Assembly (NCBI GenBank): GCA_003707115.1
Contig: PPNB01000022.1
Span: 124,001-144,157 of the forward strand
Reading direction: 5' to 3'
From: Tortispora ganteri
Lineage: Eukaryota
Length of the DNA stretch: 20,157 nucleotides
Part shown: positions 7,688 to 18,017 of the stretch, one piece after another
Layout: each line of letters starts with the position of its first letter
Position numbering within the stretch: the stretch's first letter is position 1
Translations under genes and position numbers: made by a program
The notes under the pieces: model-generated
Told to the model about the DNA's origin: nothing
Database searches by the model: none
What the model saw: only the letters and a program-made list of their open reading frames with translations

Positions 7688-8724
7688 AATTGTTGCTCTT
7701 CTGCGATCACTTCCAGCGCGATAAGGCTATCAGCAATATATGCTCCCGCCAATGCACTAATATCTGAACTGTCAAATGGCGGAGAAACTTCCACAATATC
7801 TGCACCTACAACGTTCAACCCCTTAAGCCGTTTCAACACTCCTAATAATTCGCGGTTAGTCCACCCTCCTGGCTCACGCGTGCCCGTCCCCGGCGCACTC
7901 GCGGGATCTAATACATCAATGTCCACTGATATGTACACTGGTCTACCACTAGTACCAATTATTTCCTTGATCTTTTGTGCAACTCCTCGAATGCCTATAT
8001 CGTCAATTATATCCGCATCCAGAATCTTAAATCCAATCTCTGCATCGTGGTCAACGTCTTCTTTGCGAAAAAGCGGCGCTCGTGTGCCTACATGAACGCT
8101 CGGCTTCGCCAATAGCCCCATTTTATGCGCCCAATGGAGAAAAGTGCCGTGATTCACACTAGCGTACTCGCTGTACCCACCGAGAACTTCTGGCTCCCAT
8201 GTATCTATGTGCGCATCGAAATGGATCACTTGCACTGGTCCATGTGCCTCATATATCGCTCGCAGCGCTGACAGAGACACCGTATGGTCTCCACCAAGCA
8301 TCACTGTACGTCTAGGTTTCCTTGACGGTTTGCTTTCGCCTACCACCAATTGCCAGTCCATGCCACCGCTTTCACCTCTTTCTCCGCATGGCTGGATCAC
8401 AGATCCGGCAAACTTGTACAGCTCGTCTAGCGCGACTCGATTGTCAAGCGGCACCATGGGCGCGTCTCCACAATCTACAATTGTTCCAGATTCATACGGA
8501 TTTCTCTCATAACCAGGCTCCGGAGTCAACAAATAGTAGCCGTTGGGCGAGATCCTGCGACTCATCGTGCGTATAGATCCCGGCCCAAACCGTGCACCTG
8601 GGGCATATGTGACACCTGTGTCGAATGGTGCCCCAAAAACTCCGATTTTGAAGTCTGAAATCGAACAATTAACGTGATCTAGATGTGCAAATGTATGGAT
8701 TCCACCGTAAAGTGGTTCTTGCAT
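7684..8724 (-). CDS. Ureohydrolase of the agmatinase/guanidinobutyrase family
   Basis: GAPFDTGVTY.PGARFGP, LGGDHT, HFDAHID, NHGT, SVDIDVLDP..APGTGT and DIVEVSPPFD; the canonical Mn ligands are present. Confidence 0.93.
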   Translation of the reverse strand: MQEPLYGGIHTFAHLDHVNCSISDFKIGVFGAPFDTGVTYAPGARFGPGSIRTMSRRISPNGYYLLTPEPGYERNPYESGTIVDCGDAPMVPLDNRVALDELYKFAGSVIQPCGERGESGGMDWQLVVGESKPSRKPRRTVMLGGDHTVSLSALRAIYEAHGPVQVIHFDAHIDTWEPEVLGGYSEYASVNHGTFLHWAHKMGLLAKPSVHVGTRAPLFRKEDVDHDAEIGFKILDADIIDDIGIRGVAQKIKEIIGTSGRPVYISVDIDVLDPASAPGTGTREPGGWTNRELLGVLKRLKGLNVVGADIVEVSPPFDSSDISALAGAYIADSLIALEVIAEEQQF

Positions 8725-8922
8725 TGTTATGTCGTTGGTCAGGTCTGGGGCCTTCTCTCGGCGGCGGATCAGTACCGCCTAAGCGATCGGAAGCTTATTA
8801 TAAGCGACAGCGTCATCACTTACATACGATACATGCAACTCAATTATTATTATATAGCATAGTACAGTAATTGGCCCAAAATGGGCCGGGCCAGCCCTAA
8901 TAATTCCAATATTTAACCCAGT

Positions 8923-9471
8923 CTATTTAGGAGCCTCCCTTAGCGATAAAAGTATCTGTACGGGTTCGAGGCTCAGCGGCGACACTTCGCGCAGTCGTCT
9001 TGGACCGTATTCAGGATCCTCGTCGGAATCTGAAATGACCAGCGATCCGTTAGATAAAGGCGGAGTAGGTTGCTCTGTTACACCTAATTCTTCAGGACGT
9101 GTGAGACCATCAATTGGCCGCCAAACCACGTCAGTAGCGTTCGCTAGAAAAGCCCGCTCAGCCTCGGGCGAGTACTCTTTAGCAGCTGGGACGCTCGACG
9201 GCGGAAGTGAGGGCTGCAGAGGCAGCGCAGGAGGTGGCGGCATCTTGTTATGTTTCGCATGCTGTTGCATTTGTCGCTCAAGATAGCGGACATAATCAAC
9301 AGTTGCCTGTAAAACAGTTAATTTGTGCAGACTGCCGTCCCCATGCTCTTTACAAGCTTTCGCGCACGCCGGAACTAGACGCCTTAATGCTGTAAACTCA
9401 TTGTTAATCTTGTTACGTCGACGTCTCTCTATATCGGAATGCGCCGCTGATCGTCTTCTTTTTTCTGCCAT
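8923..9471 (-). CDS. bHLH transcription factor
   Basis: HSDIERRRRNKINNEFTALRRLVP...KLTVLQATVDYVRYLE; H-E-R basic region typical of CACGTG binders; Pro-rich tail. Confidence 0.9.
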   Translation of the reverse strand: MAEKRRRSAAHSDIERRRRNKINNEFTALRRLVPACAKACKEHGDGSLHKLTVLQATVDYVRYLERQMQQHAKHNKMPPPPALPLQPSLPPSSVPAAKEYSPEAERAFLANATDVVWRPIDGLTRPEELGVTEQPTPPLSNGSLVISDSDEDPEYGPRRLREVSPLSLEPVQILLSLREAPK

Positions 9472-10090
9472 TTCACAATTTGCGGCAGCTCGTGTGAGTC
9501 GTTTTCGCTGTTGTTAACTCTGATCTTCTCGATCGTTAATACTATATTGTCCAAATACAACTGCCTGTTGTACGCGGGCCAACTAAATTTGCCTTCAATG
9601 CTATGAGTTACCTTACGAGAAAGATACCTGCTCTGTTCTTTGACGTGCGTTCGTTTAAACAGCAAAAAAAGGAAGGAGAGAGCTGGCTTTTATTACCGCA
9701 CTAGAGTTGTAGCTCGATACAACACGAGTTGGGGGATGCATGACCGTCATAAGCCTCTTTATTGGTCAATCGGTAAAGACAGTTCAACCTTATTGCGCAT
9801 CCGGAAAATCACTACCATGGTATACATTACCGTTATTCTTGGTTGCGCTGCTGCAAATACCCTTTAATTGCAACCAAATCCACTCATTTACTTAACTGCA
9901 CTAGACAGATATATAAACAGGCAGATATTTCCAGGCATATTATACCATAACATGATATAAGTATTAGCAGTTGTGGTCGGCAAGTTAGCCGCAGTAAGAG
10001 GTTGTTAGGTCTAAGCCAACCGCACCTTCCCAGACGACCCCGGTCCCAGTGATCACCTTGTCGGATGGTAAGCAATCCCCGCATTTCGCG

Positions 10091-10735
10091 ATGGTTGTCG
10101 ATATCCTCAAAGACGTTGAAGCTGCTACATTCGATGTATTCGGAACAACTTTAGATTGGCTCCATTCGATCATGGCAGTCACTGGACTGTCAGAAAAAGA
10201 TGTAAAGGCTTGGAGACGTACCTACTTTGACACAGAGCTGCGCAAGCTTCACCCTGTAACCTCCGACCTTTATCGGGCTGGACTGCGGGCCATTGGCAAA
10301 GCGCCCGAGGACCCAGAACTCGAAGATAAGTGGGTGAGTGCATGGGCGCATTTGAAACCGTTCCCAGACGTGATTCCGGGTCTCACCGAGTTGCGTAAGC
10401 ACGTTATTATTGGTGCACTATCGAACGCCTATGTGCGGATGCTTGTTGAACAAGAGCGATACGCAGGTTTCACATGGGACCTGGTTATGGGCTCAGACCT
10501 TGCGGGTTGCTATAAACCGGACCCACGAATGTACCAAAAGGCGGCTGAGCTGCTACGTGTCGATCCGAGCAAAATCGTGATGGTCGCTGCTCATAAGCAA
10601 GACTTAGAAGCTGCATCTAAGCAAGGGTTCCGAACTATTTATGTTTATCGCGAGACTGAAGACGACACTTATGAGTTCACACCTGATTTTTCAGTGTCTT
10701 CGTTCGAAGAATTGGCCCCGCTTTTTGCCACTTGA
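10091..10735 (+). CDS. HAD-superfamily hydrolase, haloacid dehalogenase type II-like
   Basis: FDVFGT motif I, LSN motif II, YKPDP motif III and MVAAH..DL motif IV. First ATG is 10091. Confidence 0.9.
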   Translation: MVVDILKDVEAATFDVFGTTLDWLHSIMAVTGLSEKDVKAWRRTYFDTELRKLHPVTSDLYRAGLRAIGKAPEDPELEDKWVSAWAHLKPFPDVIPGLTELRKHVIIGALSNAYVRMLVEQERYAGFTWDLVMGSDLAGCYKPDPRMYQKAAELLRVDPSKIVMVAAHKQDLEAASKQGFRTIYVYRETEDDTYEFTPDFSVSSFEELAPLFAT

Positions 10736-11245
10736 AGAAAGCTAGGACGTAGTTCTAATATTCTATACACATCTTTCCCAGCTGTAGCCTTGTGGTGTTC
10801 AATAGGAGCCACATTTTCGCGAAAAACAGCACTTGTAATTACTAAGATAAGAGCAACCAGTGCTAGAACGCTGTCTTTATCGATCAATGCGTAGACGGCG
10901 ATGGCTGCGCCTAGCATCATAACCCGCGTCCACATCACAACACAACGTGCAATAGTCAAACTATCACAGAATATCTCAAAGCAGCAAGAAATTACACAAA
11001 AATAACAGTTAATGATATCCTTTTTTTTTTAAAAAAAGAAAATACACTAATTGTAATACCCGAATATTGTAAATTAATGGCAGAAAATGCACGACTATTA
11101 TAAAACGTAGAAAACAAAAATAGATCTGTTGTTAGGCTGATATGGAAATTTCCTAATTAAGTAATACCCACCTAATATTAAAGAGAAAAAAAAAATACTA
11201 CAATACTTGCTTAGTCCTTCCTATCAATTATAAGTACAAATCGCG

Positions 11246-13057
11246 ATGAAAAGGATTCCAGAATTAGACCCGGACGTTGATTCTGAGGATTCAGGTAGTG
11301 AACCTGATCTTACAGCGAACACTATTGGTTCACTTCCGATTGCTGCTTATGACAATTACCCGCATATAGGCTATGACATAGACGGCCGCAGGATTATGCG
11401 TCCTGCGACCTCTTCAGCGCTTGATGCCTTATTGGATCAGATAGAACTGCCTGAAGGATACACTGGTCTTTTGGATCCTCAGACGGGTGCACCTCTTACA
11501 CTTTCTAGAGATGAACTTGAACTTTTACAGAAACTCCAGAGTAATGCTCCTCCTACTACCGAGAATATTTATGCAGAAACGATCGAGTTTTTCACTCACG
11601 AGAAAGAAATGATGCCGCTATCTGCTGCTCCAGAACCTAAAAGGCGGTTTGTTCCTTCGAAACACGAGGCTAAACGTATTATGAAACTTGTAAAAGCTAT
11701 CAGAGCTGGACGTATAGTGCCAAACCCGCCTAATGTCGATCCTGATGAAGATCAAACACCATTATACGACGTATGGGCAGAAGAAACTCCTGCAGACTTT
11801 GGCGTTATGCATATGCCTGCTCCTAAACTACCTCCGCCTACGCATGAATTGTCATACAATCCGCCACCAGAGTATGACGTCCCAAGGTATGGTGCATTGC
11901 GTAAAGTACCCGCTTATGCTGATGGCATTAAAGAACGGTTCGAACGATGTTTAGATCTGTATTTAGCACCCAGGGCACTCAAGCAGAAACTAAATATCGA
12001 TCCGGAATCACTTTTGCCGAAACTTCCTTCGCCACAGGACCTCCGACCGTTCCCTTGTCACCTTTCTTTAACTTACATTCCCGACACTCAGACACGGATC
12101 CGGTCGGTGGCGATAGACAACCGCGGAATCTGGCTTGCTGCCGGATGTGACGACGGTTTGAGAATATTTGAGCTCTCAACGGGTCGCCAAGTGCGCAAGT
12201 ACGCATACAGCGACCCCGTAGACTCTCTTCAATGGAACCCTGTACGGCCCATACTGGCTCTTGCGTCCGGTAATTCAGTGTATATAGTTGCGCCGGACAT
12301 TTGCACCAAGGAATCGGTCATAATTAACCCAAAATCAACTTCTGCAGAGCCCTCAAATGTCACTCCTATAACTGACTGGGTCATAGAAGACCAGACAGTC
12401 GAAATCAGAACTAAATTACAGGTACGCCAAGTCGACTGGCACAGAAAGGGTGATTATTTGCTCTCTTCATCGTCTAACCAGTCTGGTCAGGCTGTACTTA
12501 TTCACCAGTTGTCAATACAGTCGTCGCAGGCTCCGTTTAGACGGTCTCGCGGTCTCGTGCAGGACGCTCATTTCCATCCATCGGCGCCCGTAATCTTTGT
12601 GATGACTCAGCGGTACATTCGTGTCTACGATCTTGCCTCTGGTATCTTAACACACAAACTACTACCAGGCGCTCGCTGGCTCGCAAAAATGGCGATTCAC
12701 AGGTCGGGCCAGCACGTACTAGCCGTTTCATATGACCGCAGAACCGTCTGGCACGACCTTGAACTTGGACAAACTCCCTATAAGACTTTGAGGTACCATC
12801 AGAAAGCTATAAGAGATGTTGGATTCCACCAAAACTACCCGCTATTTGCAACGGCATCCGACGATGGAACAGCTAACGTGTTTCATGCAGAAGTCTACGA
12901 TGATGACTCAAAGAGCCCGCTGCTTGTCCCGCTAAAGAGCCTGAAGAGCCATTCTATTCAGAACTCGCTCGGTGTTCTTGGACTTACATGGCATCCGCGC
13001 GAGCCCTGGCTCGTGACATGCGGTGCAGATGGCACTGCAAAACTCTGGACTGCTTAG
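11246..13057 (+). CDS. ERB1: Ribosome biogenesis protein Erb1/BOP1
   Basis: NTIG..P...YD.YPHIGYDIDG, PEPKRRFVPSKHEAKR, ERFERCLDLYLAPR and C-terminal WD40 repeats ending in ADGTAKLWT. Confidence 0.97.
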   Translation: MKRIPELDPDVDSEDSGSEPDLTANTIGSLPIAAYDNYPHIGYDIDGRRIMRPATSSALDALLDQIELPEGYTGLLDPQTGAPLTLSRDELELLQKLQSNAPPTTENIYAETIEFFTHEKEMMPLSAAPEPKRRFVPSKHEAKRIMKLVKAIRAGRIVPNPPNVDPDEDQTPLYDVWAEETPADFGVMHMPAPKLPPPTHELSYNPPPEYDVPRYGALRKVPAYADGIKERFERCLDLYLAPRALKQKLNIDPESLLPKLPSPQDLRPFPCHLSLTYIPDTQTRIRSVAIDNRGIWLAAGCDDGLRIFELSTGRQVRKYAYSDPVDSLQWNPVRPILALASGNSVYIVAPDICTKESVIINPKSTSAEPSNVTPITDWVIEDQTVEIRTKLQVRQVDWHRKGDYLLSSSSNQSGQAVLIHQLSIQSSQAPFRRSRGLVQDAHFHPSAPVIFVMTQRYIRVYDLASGILTHKLLPGARWLAKMAIHRSGQHVLAVSYDRRTVWHDLELGQTPYKTLRYHQKAIRDVGFHQNYPLFATASDDGTANVFHAEVYDDDSKSPLLVPLKSLKSHSIQNSLGVLGLTWHPREPWLVTCGADGTAKLWTA

Positions 13058-13159
13058 CATGCGTACATCCGCCTCTTATGACTACAAACCACCCCTTAAA
13101 TGAAAAAGTAATGTCATAATCCCTCTATAGTCTTAGTCTTACCATCGTCGTAGTTCTTT

Positions 13160-16100
13160 CTATCTCGTCCTGCGAGTCTCTTCGGTGGGCTGAGCGCCCT
13201 GTCGCAAAAACTCCGCAGCGTAGATTAACAGGAGCCACAGCGAAAACAAGTTAACCATATTGTGCAGCCAGTATGCATGCATTGCTCCATATATTAGAGC
13301 ATACACCGCCATATAAGACAACAATACTCGTGAAAGAATTGCCTGCTGGGATCCAAGCGAGTTTCGCGGCACCATTTGCCCGCTGACTACCCGGTCTACA
13401 AGCAAAATGATAGGCAAGATGGACAGCAAACTCTGACTGCTGCTGAATTGCGAAAAGGGATTGATCGATAGCTGCTTTATCCACACAACCATAATCAGTA
13501 CACTGCTCGGCATCCCAAGTAACAAAAGCATCAAAATCGTATGCGAAAAATTATTGAAGTTGTGGCGATTCGATCCTGGCGACGACGTATCATCAAACAC
13601 AATATTCCGAATTCGTGATCCCAATAAAACAAAAACAGCAGAAATATAGGTCAGCTGGTATGGTACAATGGAGAACACATTCAAACACAGAAGTACACTG
13701 ATAATAACTCGTCCTTTGGCTGACGACGACTTCCAAGTGATATCATGCTTTTCCGTAAGTTTGACATTTCTGCGTCGCACTAGTAGCGACAATGCTTTCG
13801 CAAGCATATATAAAACAACATTCACTAAACCATACGCCATATATGTCAACCCACAGCAGACAACTATAAACACTGGTCCTAGCCACCAAAAGGACTTGTC
13901 TGAAAGCCCAAGAAACATCTCGTTAATAGGGATGGGCGAAATTAGAAGGTTGTACGCCATATTTTTCGGAAGCGTGTCATCTCCAGTCGTAGACGGGGTC
14001 ATGCTGATAAACGACTCGTCAAAAATACTAGACGCAAGCGACTCTATAGGGCCTGGCCCCTGTGGTCTTAGATTTCCCGGTTTCAGAGGGAAAAAAGAAT
14101 GCTCAGAGTCCAACAATTCAATGGAAGCTTTATTCGGATAAAGAATGCCAAACAAACTAAAGATTAAAAGAGCGAAAGGCAATACGCGCGAAAAAGCAAT
14201 GTTGAATGCATCACCTAGAGAAATAAAGACTCCCCGTCTATGGTAAATATCAAGCTGCAGAAGCATCACTGTTGACAAAACAGCAAACGGAAACACAGAT
14301 AGTATTGTTCGGTACCGCATAACCAAATTAGAAAGGCTAGACAGGATATCTAATTCAATTGAGACAGAATATTTTGCACTGCTTGATGGATCAATCCAAA
14401 GCTGCAAACCAAGATGGTTAGGATGGCTTGCACTGTTCCAAAACGGTATAAAAGGTGAGCTTCCATGGAACGAAACTGTAACTTCTTGAAAGTTCGGAAA
14501 GAATAGTGATTCATAAGGATCGGCTATGTATTGTCGTAGCAAAGGGGCAAATGACGATTCTGATTTGCTTGTAGCCGTTTCAATAAGTTTGAGCTTGAAC
14601 GAAAGTATACTGGACCGGATATTCGGAAATTTGATGGAGCTGACAATACCCCGACCTTGATCAGGCAATTCTATTATTTCTTTCCGAGTGGCAAGTGAAA
14701 ACCAGCCGTTGTTCATCGTGATCGAAACCAACGAACCAGTAAGATCAGCCATTAAAAAGCCCTTCTCTACTTCTTGATGTCCGTCAATAATGGCAATAAA
14801 ATCGTAGTCTCGGAACTGAGAAACGTTATACTGTAGGTAAGAAAATGCGTTGGCCCTGTCTAGCGGTGGTTGCTCTTCTGAGTTTACGGAGCATGGAAGC
14901 AGGACAAGATCGTCCTCTGCAGAAGTACACCACAAAGAAGTTGCCACCTCAGAAGAGTCATGGAAATCAAAGACATAATCTTTAGACAATTCCGCTTTGG
15001 CAACAGATGCATGGTATTTGCAGAAAGAGACGTGCATACCCCCACCATTGTGTTCATTCAACGCATTGGCTAGATTTTGAGTGCTAACAATTTTTCTGTC
15101 AGTAAGAAGGTTGAAAAACACTTCTCTTCCGTGGTGGAAAACTTCTGGGGGGATAGAAAGCAGATGAAGCTCAGGAGTCCTCTCTCTACCGAACAGGTGC
15201 AGTTGCAAAGGGTCAGAATAGGGATGGATAGAGCCCTTTACGTCGGAAACCTTTAGCAGTATATTAGGCGTCTTAGAGGCTGCCTGGTGTTGCTCGGGGT
15301 AATCTTCTAATCCGCTCAGAAAAAGGTTTCGGAAGACTTGCATTCGCTGTTCTAATGGCAGAGTCATGGTAGGTGAAGACGTATCGACGATAGACAGCAA
15401 GGCATTTGCAAAGGATTTACGAGCTTGGTCACACCAAATAATTGCCTGATGGTCCATACTAGTCCAAACGCCAGGCATTGTAGAAGTGAAAACCGTCAAC
15501 CCGTTGCTCGGAGGGACAAGAGAGGAAACTGTTGCGTAGTCTGAGGGTACGATCGAATCTAAGTTACCGCCTGCTACTGAGACTAGCGCGACTGACGCTA
15601 GAGGGTTTCTGCCTACAAGGTCAAATGAGTAAGAGTCTCTCCAGTACTTGTTCACCCTGTTGTAAATGTTGACAATATCCCAGTCGTGCGTGGATGGGGA
15701 GATGACATGCGGGGCAGAGAGGGTGAGGAGGGTGTTGACTGCATTTTCACGGTAGTTCATGAGGGTGAGCATTGTGCGAGCTACAATTCCGCCCATGGAA
15801 TGACCTAGAAGTATGACGGACTGCGGTGCAGGTCTGTGGGGATCGGTTGAGTTGTAGAGCGAAAGAATGAACTCGACTGCGTCGTTGAGGTATTCTGCCT
15901 GGTCTAGCAACGCACGACCATGGAAGGCTGTGAAGTCCTCATTGAAGTCTGCAGTGAAGAAATCAATAGGTGACTTGGAAGAGGAGTGAGTAAAGTTAGT
16001 GTTGAGACCATAAAGTTGTGAATAGGAAGGATCAGCGCCCAAGTAGTACTGTTCTGCGGCCTCTGCGGCAATAGCGCGCACCTGTTTGTAACTACCGGCG

Positions 16101-16677
16101 TTTCCTGGGATAAAAAGAACAGGGACGCCGTTAGGTTCGAGCGAGACGTCAAGCCTTTGCTCGCGGTACAGATAAAGAGAGTATTTTGAAGCATGTTTTG
16201 TATGAGTGGTGTCAAAAGCTGTGAATCGCGCAAATGATGGAGACATGTAGGACATCTGGCAAGCATTTCGCTCATTTAAAGACTGCGAGTAGCTGAAAAT
16301 AGTCAATGTTAAAAAAATCAAAGTAAATTCAGTGATCAGGTACCCTAGGGTAAACAATCCAGGAGCTAAAGACACTAAAGAAGCGATTAGACTAATACCA
16401 TTGCTATGGGTTGAGTCTGTTTCTTTATTAGATGCACCAGATGCACCGTTAGAGTGATTAGCCAACGTTTCGGTTTGACTTTCTTTGCTCTTAGGAGCAG
16501 AAAACTCATCCTAAGTTAAATGTTAGCAAGATTATTCGGCATTTGCAAAAAAGTAGCTCACACGACAAGAATAAGCTGTAGGGCCGCAAACAAGACAGAT
16601 GCATCAGTTGCTCTTATAGAATGTATCTCGGGATATGAATCTGTTTTAAGAAGAGGCAAAATTACACTTACCGTCAT
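13160..16677 (-). CDS. BST1: GPI inositol-deacylase (PGAP1/Bst1), spliced join(16672..16677,13160..16510), about 1118 aa
   Basis: VPVLFIPGNAGSYKQVR, DFNEDFTAFHG, lipase motif GHSMGG, DHQAIIWC and multiple C-terminal TM helices. The start is restored by ATG ACG|GTAAGT...TGCTAAC...TAG|GAT in frame. Confidence 0.93.
16511..16671 (-). other. Spliceosomal intron (161 nt) in BST1
   Basis: 5' splice site GTAAGT at 16671-16666, branch point TGCTAAC at 16528-16522, 3' splice site TAG ending at 16511; phase 0 and keeps the frame. Confidence 0.88.
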
Positions 16678-16915
16678 AATTACAAGTGGCCCTTTCTGGA
16701 CAGTACTTGAAGCACGTAGGCGTGAAGATTGGATACCAGAACGAATTGTTTATCTGCACCTGGTCCTGATATATTGTGAGAAAGGTGTGCAAATGGATTC
16801 TTCAAGGCCAAGAAAACCTTAACTCAGTCTCAACTGCTGAGTCGCAATGTTGTGTGTTTTAGCCACATCAAATCAGAGCACCTATAGTTTCTACATGTTT
16901 GTATTTTATAAAATT

Positions 16916-16959
16916 AGTCAGAAACTAGTATTCTATAATATATTTACTAGTTTCTGACT
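16916..16959. repeat. Perfect 15-bp inverted repeat with 14-nt AT-rich spacer
   Basis: AGTCAGAAACTAGTA (16916-16930) / TACTAGTTTCTGACT (16945-16959). Confidence 0.93.
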
Positions 16960-17111
16960 GCATCTGGTACAGCATTCGGCTGTCGACTAGCTCAACAGTT
17001 AGTGGTGTTGTCTTGGCAACAGTTCCTTAATAGGTAAGTAACACACCTGATAGCATCGACCCTCGTTTGGACCGTGTGATTGCAAACTTTCTTTTTTTTT
17101 TTCTTGGCTTA

Positions 17112-18017
17112 TCACGTCAATGCAACAAATGTTTTAATATTCTCCTGCGAAATAAGTCGACTTACATGTTCAGGGGCGCAGTTATCGCGATTCGCAAGCG
17201 CATGTGCCATAACGTCACATATTTTCCTCAAGTCATTGACTGTGTCTGGGCCCCATTTCGGGCTGTCCGATTCCGTGAGGAACTGCGTAGCAGGTATTTT
17301 ACAATTGCGTAAAAAACTGCTCAGCCGATACTCCATCTTGCCATTGATAGCATAACTGAATGAAAAGTACACTTGTTTTTTGAATATGGTGTACCAACGA
17401 TTGGCAGTGTCTATGCTTCCGGCAAACGAGTGCAGATCGATTTTCACGTCGCTGTCTTTCAGTATCCTCGTTGTCTGCGTCAGCAGTTCATTGTGACTCT
17501 TGACTCCATGTATTGACACTGACCGGCTATACTGCTTAGCAACTTGCAGCAGTGAGGTATAAACACGTACTTGGTGTTTTAAAGTAACACTGTACTGCGT
17601 GAGCTTCTTCGTATCCGGATTGGGAATGCGGAAAGCTCTGTCCAATCCAATTTCTCCAACTAAAGCAGTGGGATCCTGATCTAAAAACGCTTTAATTGCA
17701 CCAATCGCATCCTCGAGTGGCACAACCGCAGGTAATCTAGCGATGAACTGATCATCGGGAGGCGGGACGATGACGCTAGAGTAATGTGCTTTTCTATCCA
17801 GATCGCCGTCCACACTGAACAAATAGCTATACCAAGGATGTATACCGTAACATGCAATCAAGTTCATATGTTCAGCACATAGTTGCTTAGTTGCATCGAA
17901 CTCGCCAGGATGGCTGCTCATAACTAGTGCGCAATGGGATGAGGTGTCATCAAATGTGGCGTAGTGACAGTGCGCATCGCATATGCTCCAGTCCGTAAGC
18001 CATTCACTCGCCGCCAT
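17112..18017 (-). CDS. TatD-family metallo-hydrolase (Scn1/YMR262W-like)
   Basis: DAHCH, GIHPWYS, VGEIGLDRAF, SIHG, LHSF.G and LTESD motifs. Confidence 0.9.
   Translation of the reverse strand: MAASEWLTDWSICDAHCHYATFDDTSSHCALVMSSHPGEFDATKQLCAEHMNLIACYGIHPWYSYLFSVDGDLDRKAHYSSVIVPPPDDQFIARLPAVVPLEDAIGAIKAFLDQDPTALVGEIGLDRAFRIPNPDTKKLTQYSVTLKHQVRVYTSLLQVAKQYSRSVSIHGVKSHNELLTQTTRILKDSDVKIDLHSFAGSIDTANRWYTIFKKQVYFSFSYAINGKMEYRLSSFLRNCKIPATQFLTESDSPKWGPDTVNDLRKICDVMAHALANRDNCAPEHVSRLISQENIKTFVALT

Noticed and set aside
8779..8835. Possible intron upstream of the ureohydrolase (GTATGT/GTAAGT ... TAG on the minus strand)
   Set aside because: No CTAAC branch point, and neither donor puts the upstream ATG in frame.
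9472..10090. Short ORFs or a riboswitch in the bHLH-HAD intergenic region
   Set aside because: ORFs are under 80 aa without motifs and I could not see a TPP-riboswitch consensus; best read as a divergent promoter.
16520..16822. 100-aa plus-strand ORF with a presequence-like start
   Set aside because: Antisense to the BST1 intron and first exon, with no recognisable domain; probably spurious.
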